From the NCBI GenBank assembly GCA_048270185.1, contig JBLWTJ010000002.1, positions 352,001 through 416,000 on the forward strand: a DNA stretch of 64,000 bases, read 5' to 3'. The notes beneath the pieces were generated by a model that saw only the letters and a program-made list of their open reading frames with translations, was not told where the DNA came from and ran no database searches. Below, one piece after another: positions 1-9,056 of this stretch. Numbering within the stretch: position 1 is the first letter of the stretch; each line of letters opens with the position of its first letter. The translations under genes and the position numbers were made by a program. Source of the DNA: Bacteriovoracaceae bacterium (GTDB lineage Bacteria > Bdellovibrionota > Bacteriovoracia > Bacteriovoracales > Bacteriovoracaceae).

Positions 1-87
1 ACTTTTCGCTTGCAAAGATGTGGCATAAAGATTATAAAAAGTGGCTTAATAAATAGTTGTTGAACAAGTTAAACGTAGGAGTCGATT

Positions 88-348
88 GTGGCAAACCACA
101 AATCTGCAAAGAAAAGATCAAGACAAGCAATTGTTAGAAACGAAAGAAATACAGCAAGAAAATCAATGGTTAAGACTGCTGTTAAGAAAGTTAGAAGTGC
201 TATTGAAGCAGGTTCAAAAGAAGAAGCATCAACTCTTCTAGTAACTGCACAAAAGCTTCTTGGACGTCTTGCTAAGCACGGAGTTATCAAAAATAACGCT
301 GCTGCAAGAAAGACATCTAGACTTGCTAGCCAAATTAATAAACTTTAA
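88..348 (+). CDS. rpsT: 30S ribosomal protein S20
   Basis: MANHKSAKKR...N..ARK.SRL signature; GTG start after AGGAG. Confidence 0.98.
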   Translation: MANHKSAKKRSRQAIVRNERNTARKSMVKTAVKKVRSAIEAGSKEEASTLLVTAQKLLGRLAKHGVIKNNAAARKTSRLASQINKL

Positions 349-373
349 TTCTAATTAATAGTTTGAATATATT

Positions 374-400
374 AAAAGCGGAGTGTAAGCTCCGCTTTTT
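374..400. terminator. Bidirectional intrinsic terminator between rpsT and holA
   Basis: AAAAGCGGAG-tgtaag-CTCCGCTTTTT inverted repeat. Confidence 0.85.
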
Positions 401-427
401 GTGTTTTTTAAATTAAAGTTTTTTTAA

Positions 428-1351
428 CTAGAGAGCTAGAAACTCACGTCTTAACTGATCTCTTAGCCAGAAGTCTTTCGACTTTGCCATTATTTCAAAA
501 TCAATTATTTTCTGCTGAAAAGCGACTAACTCCTCAATATCCCATTTACGAGAAGCTAACTGAATCCCACGATCATACTTGCTTGGAGACTTCTTAGCTT
601 TTAAATAGGATGGATCAATCACTTTTGAGATATGTCCCTGGAAAGAGCGGAAGAAGTCCATATAGAGGCCAAAGTCATCTTCAATTAAGAGTAGATTCAA
701 GAAGAACCTCTTTAAATTTCCCTGATTAAATAGATCTGTTTGATCAAAGAAGTCTAGCTTCTTAACTTTAATTAAGCTCTTGGCCTTCTCAATTGAAACT
801 GTTCCCGATTCATTCACATAGTGAGAAAGAATATGGCAGCTATTAAAGTATTCACTCGCAGTTGCCTCAACAGACTTCTCAATGAAATTCTTTAACTGAG
901 GCGTCATCTTGAATCCAAAGTAATCAGCAAAGAGATCTAAGTATTGACCAAAATGCCATGTCTTAGGTGCTGTTAAAGCAAGAGAATTTAGATCTTTAGG
1001 AAAGTGCTTTAAAACCCTACCTTTAGTTATAAATACTACTGAATCACTAATTAATTCACGGTTATTTTCAAAGGCTTCAAAAATATTAGCTTTGATTTCT
1101 TGAGCATCGATAACAATGAATGGGCCATTGCTTCCAAATAGTCCACCGCCGGCCAGTAGCTCTTGTTCGATAAAGTCGAGATTAAACTCATTTGGCCAAA
1201 GTTTCTTAGCGTTTTTTGAGAGCTTGTCACAAATAATTTTCGAGCTAAATTCATCAGGTATACTTAAGTGATAAAAACCTTCAAACTTAGATAGTATATC
1301 AGTAATTTTTTTGATTTCAGATAATTCAAAACTTTGTTTCTTAGAAGGCAT
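428..1351 (-). CDS. holA: Probable DNA polymerase III delta subunit (divergent)
   Basis: Conserved lptE-holA><rpsT context; GGLFG motif; C-terminal 'DFEIMAKS'. Start trimmed to ATG (MPSKK) at 1351; the ORF track starts at 1396. Confidence 0.65.
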   Translation of the reverse strand: MPSKKQSFELSEIKKITDILSKFEGFYHLSIPDEFSSKIICDKLSKNAKKLWPNEFNLDFIEQELLAGGGLFGSNGPFIVIDAQEIKANIFEAFENNRELISDSVVFITKGRVLKHFPKDLNSLALTAPKTWHFGQYLDLFADYFGFKMTPQLKNFIEKSVEATASEYFNSCHILSHYVNESGTVSIEKAKSLIKVKKLDFFDQTDLFNQGNLKRFFLNLLLIEDDFGLYMDFFRSFQGHISKVIDPSYLKAKKSPSKYDRGIQLASRKWDIEELVAFQQKIIDFEIMAKSKDFWLRDQLRREFLAL

Positions 1352-1997
1352 AGAGTAATACCTCTCTAAAGTCTTCACCGAAGTTCTTAGCACCATCGGC
1401 CAGCGACTTTTTAAAAGTTCCGCGGTTTTTTACACTTCGAAGAGGGGCCGCACTATCAATGCCTCCTACTGTATTTTCAATAATGTATGAGTCAGTAATA
1501 CTAAACTCTTTTGAGAAAATACTGCGTGGAAATTGTGAGTGGTCTAATTTATAGAATGATTCATAGAACTTAATCTCATCATCATTAGGTTTTTTGAATA
1601 CATTGATATTGATTTTAAATTGATAATCACCGCTCGTAGAAAGATAGAATGCATTACGATTACCAATTTGGTTTTGTTGATCTTCACTCATAAGTGTATC
1701 ACCTGTTTCCGTGATCTCTTCACCGGCCTTCTTAAGGCTTGTGATTTCAGCAAGTAAGATCGCATCACTTTCATAATTCTTCCCTGTTCTAACCCTAAGG
1801 CCACTAAAGGAAGATAGTGTTTCAACGATTTGATCGGTATAGATTTGAGATAACCCCGATATTCCAGTGTGATTCTTAACAATAAATACTGTTACACTTC
1901 TAACACCCTGTGCCTCAAATGGGTTATTTGAATCACTAAAACGGTAACCTGCACAAGAAATGAGAAGTAAAAATGACGTAATGAAAAGAAGTCTCAT
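1341..1997 (-). CDS. lptE: LPS assembly lipoprotein LptE-like
   Basis: Lipobox LISC followed by AGYRF (C-GY-F pattern); directly upstream of holA. Confidence 0.7.
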   Translation of the reverse strand: MRLLFITSFLLLISCAGYRFSDSNNPFEAQGVRSVTVFIVKNHTGISGLSQIYTDQIVETLSSFSGLRVRTGKNYESDAILLAEITSLKKAGEEITETGDTLMSEDQQNQIGNRNAFYLSTSGDYQFKININVFKKPNDDEIKFYESFYKLDHSQFPRSIFSKEFSITDSYIIENTVGGIDSAAPLRSVKNRGTFKKSLADGAKNFGEDFREVLLYAF

Positions 1998-2062
1998 ATT
2001 TATACTATGCCTAGTATTAATAGGATCGTCTATTATTTTGACTGGTCCAAATAACTTAATAT

Positions 2063-2602
2063 ATGATGCGTATTGTGAAAGACCTTAAGAGTATTTTAAA
2101 AGACTATGACAAAGACACGAACTTGTCTCGCTACAAGAATTATGCCCCAAAGAAGGGCCTTGGTAGCGTTGACCTTTTCGACTTCTTGGACTTAGTAAAC
2201 TCTTGGGATCAAGTGGTTGGCCCACGACTTTCTCAATTTACAATTCCGCTTAAACTTAAGAGTAAATCACTAACCATTCTCACTTCTCACCCAGTCTATG
2301 CTCAACAGCTTAAGTACATGGAAAGTGAAATTATCAAGTCTATTGGCAATGTGCTCCCTGCAACACTAGGTCATATTTCAAAGGTCTTCTTTCAAGTTGA
2401 TAATAAGTATTTCACAGAGAAGAAAGCAAAAAGTATTCAAAAAGAAGTCGTGAAAAAAGAAGTTGAAAATAGACTTCATCCACAATCTCCTGAATACAAG
2501 GCCATTATGCAACAAGCAGCTGTAGAGTTTCATGATATTGAAGATGAAGAATTAAAGCAGTCTTTAATGTCGATTTTCTTTCAATTACGCACGAAGAAGT
2601 GA
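2063..2602 (+). CDS. DciA/DUF721 family protein
   Basis: W..VVG..L....P......L.I.....YAQQL pattern. Confidence 0.75.
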   Translation: MMRIVKDLKSILKDYDKDTNLSRYKNYAPKKGLGSVDLFDFLDLVNSWDQVVGPRLSQFTIPLKLKSKSLTILTSHPVYAQQLKYMESEIIKSIGNVLPATLGHISKVFFQVDNKYFTEKKAKSIQKEVVKKEVENRLHPQSPEYKAIMQQAAVEFHDIEDEELKQSLMSIFFQLRTKK

Positions 2603-3190
2603 GTAGATACTAAATTTATCTGACTTAAGCTCAAGCCTAATTAAATCTTTAAACTCTAAATTTGCGAATTCACTCGTTAAGTCATTTGTTTCTCTGCAAA
2701 CAAAGAATAGATGTCCACCTTTTTTAAGTGCACTATGAGCACAGCGAATAAGGCCCGTTAACTCTGTGTCTTGATACTCACGACAAAGACGAGTGTTCTT
2801 ATTCACAGATGATCGACTGTGGTTAGCATTAAAATAAGGAGGGTTCATTACAATAAGATCAAATTCACCTATTAATTGAGTCTGTAGCAAATTTCCTTGG
2901 TGGATATTAAATATCGTCTCATTAAAGTGATCTTTTAATACATTAATATTAGATTCTAAATGTTTAAGGTATTCTTTTTGAAGTTCATAAAAATCAACTG
3001 ATTCAAATCTGACTTGAGACTTCTGCATAATTTCTAAAAGAATGACACCACAACCAGCGCAGAAATCAGCCCCCTTAACTACTGAAAGATTTAATTCCTT
3101 TAGGTAGCTTGCAACAAAATTGGCCAATTCAATTGAATCACGTGAAAAGCGATAAAACTCGGGTTGACTGTAATTAGAAATTAATTCCAT
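2585..3190 (-). CDS. SAM-dependent methyltransferase, TrmN6/YfiC-like (tRNA m6A37)
   Basis: Q...YRFS.DS..LA N-terminus, DFCAGCG SAM motif, NPPYF. Confidence 0.75.
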   Translation of the reverse strand: MELISNYSQPEFYRFSRDSIELANFVASYLKELNLSVVKGADFCAGCGVILLEIMQKSQVRFESVDFYELQKEYLKHLESNINVLKDHFNETIFNIHQGNLLQTQLIGEFDLIVMNPPYFNANHSRSSVNKNTRLCREYQDTELTGLIRCAHSALKKGGHLFFVCRETNDLTSEFANLEFKDLIRLELKSDKFSIYSLLRA

Positions 3191-3761
3191 GCTTTCTTAA
3201 TGCTTGGGAAATTCCATCAAGATCTTCGCCTTCTCTTACAATCTTTGCAGAAAGGCCTGAAAGAAGAATTATTGTTGATGAGCTTCCACTTGGCTCTAAA
3301 TAATCGGAGCTAATAAAATTACTTTCAGGGCAATATTTTTGCCAAAACTCATTGGCCTCTTGAGTTGAACTAATCGGCTCAGACCCAGTTAGGTTAAGAC
3401 TTGTTGAAGTGATGAACCCAGGAAAATCCCTAATACATTCGTCAATTATCTCATTCTTTATAACTCGAAAACAGATAAATTCTGTTTCCTTAAATGGCTC
3501 ATTAGGTAGATTCAGTTCAAGACTTACCTTAGGCAAACCAACTGTGATTTGGAATTTAAAAAGGTCTTCAAATAACTCTGAAAGATTTTGAGAGCCTTTG
3601 AAATTATCAATAATATTTTCAACATTATTAGTTAAAATACTTAAGGGCTTACTAAGTGAAGTTCCCTTGATTTTGGCTATTAGCTCATAAGTCTCAAGGA
3701 GAAATGGATCACCTCCAATTCCCCACACTGTATCTGTCGGATAAACAAAAATCTTTTTCAT
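3174..3761 (-). CDS. tsaC: L-threonylcarbamoyladenylate synthase (TsaC/Sua5/YrdC)
   Basis: YPTDTVWG, K.T...KPL, STSLNLTG, SSTI motifs. Confidence 0.85.
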   Translation of the reverse strand: MKKIFVYPTDTVWGIGGDPFLLETYELIAKIKGTSLSKPLSILTNNVENIIDNFKGSQNLSELFEDLFKFQITVGLPKVSLELNLPNEPFKETEFICFRVIKNEIIDECIRDFPGFITSTSLNLTGSEPISSTQEANEFWQKYCPESNFISSDYLEPSGSSSTIILLSGLSAKIVREGEDLDGISQALRKHGINF

Positions 3762-4867
3762 AGATCAACCATTAAATTTTTAATAATTAACTCATCCCTT
3801 TGTCCGAGATAGAGTAATTGAAAAGCCACCCAACTATTTGGAGACTCTTCTAATTGTGAATTTAGGTATGCTCTTTCTATACTAAAAACAGGTCTTTCAA
3901 AAGACTTATCTTTTTTCACAAGCTCTCTTTTAAAGACAGGATTCTTTAGAGCTGAAATAAGGGCCATCATTTCGTCAAAATTATACTTCTTATAATTGCT
4001 AATAACTTGGTCGATAAGCTTCTGTCTTAACTTACCTACATTCGGCAATCCATACTCAAAAATCAAGTTATTATATGAATTAAAACTTTCAACTGCAGGT
4101 GATGAGAAATACTTAAAAATTAAGTCTTGTTTTACTTTATAATTATCCAGCTCCTGTGACCAGAAGGGTGCTAACTTAACTCCATACTTATAACTATTTA
4201 TATCAAACTCGAGTACTGCACCAAAGGTCTGATTCAGAAGCTGAGTCAACTTAAGGCGGCTATCACCTTTTGAAATATGAGTAAATTTTTTAAAGAACAT
4301 TAGCTTATAGACTTCTTCAATACTCGACTCATTTACGATTTCAAAAACTCGATTAATATACTTGGCATATATTGCTTTCTTATCCTTTGGTATATTTTGA
4401 TTAATCCAAATTGGATAACCAATAATATCTCTACCTAAAAGTTCAATAACAACATCTGTTAACCACTCATTCTTATTAATAGAAGACGAAATAATAATCT
4501 CAAGAAGTAGATCATGAAATGTTTTACGAGATAGCTTCTTTAAGAAATTTCGATGCATCTTATTCTTACTATCAAATTTTGTTTTTAAGGCCGTTTCAAT
4601 TTCAGAAATATAATCTTTTTGATACTGACGAGTTTCATTATTAATAACGATATCTGGGTAAAAGAGATTTTGACACTTAGCCTGAAATTCTATCCATGGA
4701 TTTGTATCACCTTTATTAGTAGTAAAAGCATAGATCAGATTAAATTCAAAAGGTGAAACTTGTGAACACTCACTAGGTGGGGCCTTAACATAGTCAGCAA
4801 TATATTCAATACCAGTTAAAGAGACGTTAAAATTAATATTAACGTAGTTTAAAAATATCTTTTTTTT
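3758..4867 (-). CDS. Hypothetical helical protein, probably the C-terminal part of a frameshifted gene
   Basis: ORF track gives 3758..4558, but manual reading shows the frame open up to 4867, bounded by TAA at 4868-4870 at the A10 tract. Confidence 0.6.
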   Translation of the reverse strand, partial: KKKIFLNYVNINFNVSLTGIEYIADYVKAPPSECSQVSPFEFNLIYAFTTNKGDTNPWIEFQAKCQNLFYPDIVINNETRQYQKDYISEIETALKTKFDSKNKMHRNFLKKLSRKTFHDLLLEIIISSSINKNEWLTDVVIELLGRDIIGYPIWINQNIPKDKKAIYAKYINRVFEIVNESSIEEVYKLMFFKKFTHISKGDSRLKLTQLLNQTFGAVLEFDINSYKYGVKLAPFWSQELDNYKVKQDLIFKYFSSPAVESFNSYNNLIFEYGLPNVGKLRQKLIDQVISNYKKYNFDEMMALISALKNPVFKRELVKKDKSFERPVFSIERAYLNSQLEESPNSWVAFQLLYLGQRDELIIKNLMVDL

Positions 4868-5976
4868 TTATCGGCTTGGAACTCTTGCGCCAGTACAGTT
4901 GTCGTTGGCATTTTGAAGTTTATAGTAGAGAGAATATCCTTACCTACAAGTTTAGAATAGAACTTTGAAATGAAAAATAAAAGAACAGCTAAGACAACAA
5001 TGGCGATATAAACAAAGCTATAATCATTTTTTCTTTTTTTCTTTTTGCCGACCTTCTTTTTTTTACCAACTTTCTTCTTTTTTGAAGGCTTTGGCATTTC
5101 AACGGCCTGCATCGGCTCAATAGGCTCATCTTCTTCATCTTCAACTTGAGATAAATCAGCGACTGTTTGCTTCTTTTTTTCTTCTTCAAGCGCCATCTTT
5201 GCTTTTAATGCAACATCATCTTGAACTTTTGAAGATTCACTTTCTTCAAGCTCTCTTGCAAGTAAATCAATTTCACTTTCTACTGATTCAACAGCAGGAG
5301 CAACATCACAATGTCCTCCCATATCTGCAATATCAGGAAAGTCTAAGTCTGAAGCGTCAGGAAGAACAACCTCTTCCTCCCCTTCAGCATCCATTGCCTG
5401 AGCAGCTTCAGCTAAGCTTACACCGTTGTCCTCTTCAATCGAAATTGCGTCAAGAGGACTACTTGTCTGTGCACTAGTCACAGGAGCTGGGACAGGATCA
5501 GGCAGCTTATTATTTGAATAATCAATAGGTTCAGGAAAATCGAGATCGTCTTCAGCTGGAAGAAGAATTTCTTCCTCACCGTTTGCATCGACAGAACTAG
5601 CAGCTTCATTAACTTGGATAGTCTGGGTAGCAGGCCCTTTTGGAGCTTCTTCAGTCGGTACTGCAGGTGTTGCAGGGATATTAGATGACTCTTGGTATTT
5701 CTGTTCAATACCAGTCGTTCGAACAAGTCCACCTAACTTATTCGCAATTTTAGTTTCAGCTTCTGCTACAGGGTTAAAGTCTTGTTCTTCACTACCAAAT
5801 AAGTACTTATTAAGAAGTTGATCTTCTTTAATCCAAATCCAAAAACCATTACCACTACAGATTTCATCTTCGTCAGTTAGAGTACCATCTTGAACAAACT
5901 CAATCACTTTCTCCTTGGAAAGTGGGCCGAGTATTTTATTTGCTTTTGTACGAATTAACCAATTTCTTTCATTCAT
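4849..5976 (-). CDS. Membrane protein with N-terminal GYF_2-like domain, acidic linker, Lys-rich segment and one TM helix
   Basis: W.I.......GP.S...V......G.L...DE.......W pattern; TM FVYIAIVVLAVLLFFI. Confidence 0.65.
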   Translation of the reverse strand: MNERNWLIRTKANKILGPLSKEKVIEFVQDGTLTDEDEICSGNGFWIWIKEDQLLNKYLFGSEEQDFNPVAEAETKIANKLGGLVRTTGIEQKYQESSNIPATPAVPTEEAPKGPATQTIQVNEAASSVDANGEEEILLPAEDDLDFPEPIDYSNNKLPDPVPAPVTSAQTSSPLDAISIEEDNGVSLAEAAQAMDAEGEEEVVLPDASDLDFPDIADMGGHCDVAPAVESVESEIDLLARELEESESSKVQDDVALKAKMALEEEKKKQTVADLSQVEDEEDEPIEPMQAVEMPKPSKKKKVGKKKKVGKKKKRKNDYSFVYIAIVVLAVLLFFISKFYSKLVGKDILSTINFKMPTTTVLAQEFQADKKKRYF

Positions 5977-6043
5977 CTATAGTAAGTCTTTTATCTTTTT
6001 TATAAATTTTTTAGAAGTCTTTATATTTTTTATTTATTATACC

Positions 6044-7414
6044 CTATAGGAAGATTCCGATAAAGCCTTTAAGATCTTCATCGTTAAATTTTAATCCTAA
6101 ACTATATACGAAGTGAGGGTCATTAATTAGATCTTCACCTTCGATTTTTCCATAAAGAACATTCCATAGCTGAAGATCAAGTCCTAATCTAATATTTGGT
6201 CCGATATCTTCACGATAATCAAAAATTTCTGCAGTTGTAACAAGTCCCCAATCGTCGATATTATAATCAACACCGAAACCACCGTAAGACTCTATTAAAC
6301 CACCTCTAAAAGTCCAATTATCAATACGACGTCCTAATTGTACATTTAGTAGAACATCATTGTACTCTCTCGATTTTGTTTCAACTGTTGTCGTCGTTCC
6401 ACCTACCGTTGTTTCAGTGATCGAGCGATCTTCTGGACCAAACTCACTAGTCGTTGCCCCTATAAGATAGAAGCGACCAGGTGAAGGAAAGATTCTTAAT
6501 TCAATATTTGTATCAGTTTGATCTGTTCCAGTATTGGCACCAGTATAAACAGAGAACTGAGTCCTAATTCGATCAACTCGTCCAATTACTTTTTGAACAC
6601 TAGCAAGAGTGGACTTTACTTCATCGGCAATTTCTTCTTCAACAAGAAGCTTACCAACAGTACCCTTTCCGTCCTTAACATCTTGAACAAGGTCTTGAAG
6701 ATCGGCCATCATCTCATCCGTTTTCTTTAAGATTGCTTTTACATCGGCAAGAGCACTTTGAGGCTCATTCGCATCCGTTTGAAAGGCAATTTGATCTGAA
6801 AAAGTCTCAAGATTATTAATAATATTTTGAATTTTTTCATTATTTCGCCCAACCATATCATTAAGTTGAGTTGTCATTTCACGAGTATTTTCTAAAGTCT
6901 TTTGAACATCGCTAATAATTTTCTTCATTGCTGGCTCGTCCCCTTCAGGAACGAATGATTCTTTAATACTTCCCACAAGTGTTTTTACATCTTGCATAAC
7001 TTCACTAGCGTCTTTTAGAAGTGTTTCGATACCAGCTTTTTCTTCTGAAATAATTGTTGAGCCATCAGGTAGAATTTCATCACTATTGGCAACATAGATC
7101 TCAAGATACTTATCACCAAGAAAACCAACAGAGCGGATTCTTAGTTTAGAGCCTTTTGTTACCCCTACTCTTTCTAGAACTTCAAAAGTGATCTCGGCCT
7201 TATTACCAATAAGACGGATATCTTTGATGCGACCGGCATTAATACCAGCTACTTTAATTGGAGTTTTTGGGAAAATCCCTGAGGCATCATTGATTACTGT
7301 TGAGTACTCATTATATGCACCAAATCCTGACTGATTTGAAGTGACAACAAGTGACATCACAACAACCACAATCATTGCAGTAAGGGCCATTAGCCCTACT
7401 TTAAATTCATTCAT
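6044..7414 (-). CDS. mlaD: MCE/MlaD protein, long form
   Basis: E.KVG TM anchor, DASG..P.TPI..AGI..G.I MCE motif, GFLGDKYLEI; in operon with mlaE and mlaF. Confidence 0.9.
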   Translation of the reverse strand: MNEFKVGLMALTAMIVVVVMSLVVTSNQSGFGAYNEYSTVINDASGIFPKTPIKVAGINAGRIKDIRLIGNKAEITFEVLERVGVTKGSKLRIRSVGFLGDKYLEIYVANSDEILPDGSTIISEEKAGIETLLKDASEVMQDVKTLVGSIKESFVPEGDEPAMKKIISDVQKTLENTREMTTQLNDMVGRNNEKIQNIINNLETFSDQIAFQTDANEPQSALADVKAILKKTDEMMADLQDLVQDVKDGKGTVGKLLVEEEIADEVKSTLASVQKVIGRVDRIRTQFSVYTGANTGTDQTDTNIELRIFPSPGRFYLIGATTSEFGPEDRSITETTVGGTTTTVETKSREYNDVLLNVQLGRRIDNWTFRGGLIESYGGFGVDYNIDDWGLVTTAEIFDYREDIGPNIRLGLDLQLWNVLYGKIEGEDLINDPHFVYSLGLKFNDEDLKGFIGIFL

Positions 7415-7463
7415 TCTATCCCTCTTCCCTAAGACTTACCAAAAATTAAACTCTTCTTTAAGT

Positions 7464-8216
7464 TTATAAGTTTATAAATTCCTGAACCAATGGATGGTCA
7501 GAATTTCTAAAATCTTTGGCGGATAAGTACTCAACAATATTACCACGATTAAGAAATGCGACGTAGTCGGAAATTTCCAACGTCGCTCTAACATCGTGTG
7601 AAATAATAATTGACGTTAATCCTATATCTTTATGTTTTTTACTTGTTTCAACGATAAGATCGTTGACCATTTTAGTCGTAATTGGATCCAGTCCAGTTGT
7701 AGGCTCATCATAGAGCATAATTTGTGGACTCAATGCTAGAGCGCGGGCCAAACCTACCCTCTTTCTCATCCCACCAGATAATTCACTTGGTAACTTATAA
7801 AAAGAAATCTCTTGTAGGCCCACTGATTTTAAAAGGCCAAAAACTTTCTCTTCAATTTCTTCCTTCTTTAATTTAGTAAATTCAATAAGAGGAAAGGCAA
7901 CATTATCAAAAGTCGACATTGAATCAAATAAGGCCGCATATTGAAAAAGCATTCCATAATTTTGGCGAAACTCTCTAAGCTTATCTTCTTCTAATTCAGA
8001 CAGATTATTTCCTAGGACTTCAACACTTCCAGAAGTTGGTTGGTGAAGACCAAGAATATGTTTCATTAGAGTTGATTTACCAGCACCTGAAAAACCTAAT
8101 ATTGAAGTGATACTTCCTTTCTCAATATCAAAGTTTAGATTATTTAAAACTGTGTGGTTTCCAAATATTTTTGTAAGGTTCCTAATACGAATCGATGGGT
8201 TATCAAAATGAATCAT
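7464..8216 (-). CDS. mlaF: ABC ATPase MlaF
   Basis: GFSGAGKST, FQYAALFDSM, LSGGMRKRVGLARA, YDEPTTGLDP. Confidence 0.92.
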   Translation of the reverse strand: MIHFDNPSIRIRNLTKIFGNHTVLNNLNFDIEKGSITSILGFSGAGKSTLMKHILGLHQPTSGSVEVLGNNLSELEEDKLREFRQNYGMLFQYAALFDSMSTFDNVAFPLIEFTKLKKEEIEEKVFGLLKSVGLQEISFYKLPSELSGGMRKRVGLARALALSPQIMLYDEPTTGLDPITTKMVNDLIVETSKKHKDIGLTSIIISHDVRATLEISDYVAFLNRGNIVEYLSAKDFRNSDHPLVQEFINL

Positions 8217-8218
8217 AA

Positions 8219-9019
8219 CTACATCACCTGCACTAAGAAGCTTGTTAAGAAATAATCGAGAACGAGAACAGAAATCATTCCCCAGACAACGGCAAGGTTT
8301 GTTCCCTTCCCTACTCCCTGAGCTCCCTTAGTTACAGAGAAGCCAAAGTATGTTCCAATGACAGAAATGACAAAGCCAAAGACAGTTGCCTTAATTACAC
8401 CTTGAAAAATATCCGAAACGTACATGAATTGCCCAAGCTTTGATAGATAAATAGCATCATCTATTTTTAATGCATAAGTACCAACAATAAATGATCCAAT
8501 ATTTCCGACAAATAGAAAGAAAATAGAAAGAAGTGGAAGAGATAGAGTTCCTGCAATAATTCGAGGAACAGCAAGATATTGAACACTACTGATACCCATT
8601 ACTTCAAGGGCATCAATTTGCTCCGTTACTTTCATCGTTCCAATTTGCGCGGCCATCGCAGCACCTGCTCGCCCCGCAACAATTAGCCCAGTAAGAACAG
8701 GTGCTAATTCTTTTGCAAGAGTAATTGCAACAACAGGACCAACAAGAGAATCAACATTGATCAACTTGAAACCAAAGTATGTTTGGTAGGCCATAACCAT
8801 TCCAGTAAATGCACCGGCCAGGAAAATAATGAATAAACTCTTATTTCCTATGAAGTCCATTTGCTCAAAAAATAATTTGAATCGATATGGACGACGAGTT
8901 GCCCAGTAGAAAAAACTGACGATATAATTCATGACGGTCCCAAGACCGGCAATATTCTTTATAAGAATTCGCCCTAAGTTTTCATTAAAGGCAACAAAAC
9001 TATTTATTAGTAAATTCAT
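8219..9019 (-). CDS. mlaE: ABC permease MlaE
   Basis: ELAPVLT.L..AGRAGAAMAAQIGTMKVTEQIDALEVM. Confidence 0.95.
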   Translation of the reverse strand: MNLLINSFVAFNENLGRILIKNIAGLGTVMNYIVSFFYWATRRPYRFKLFFEQMDFIGNKSLFIIFLAGAFTGMVMAYQTYFGFKLINVDSLVGPVVAITLAKELAPVLTGLIVAGRAGAAMAAQIGTMKVTEQIDALEVMGISSVQYLAVPRIIAGTLSLPLLSIFFLFVGNIGSFIVGTYALKIDDAIYLSKLGQFMYVSDIFQGVIKATVFGFVISVIGTYFGFSVTKGAQGVGKGTNLAVVWGMISVLVLDYFLTSFLVQVM

Positions 9020-9056
9020 TGCTTAAATTTTAAAGGAAAAATAATGAACTTGCTAC

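Noticed and set aside
69..290. Antisense ORF over rpsT, and the many other 60-130 aa shadow ORFs in the track (e.g. 5199-5477, 23763-24216, 39094-39758, 47359-47742, 56805-57107)
   Set aside because: They overlap well-supported genes, lack recognisable motifs, and are expected by-products of codon bias.
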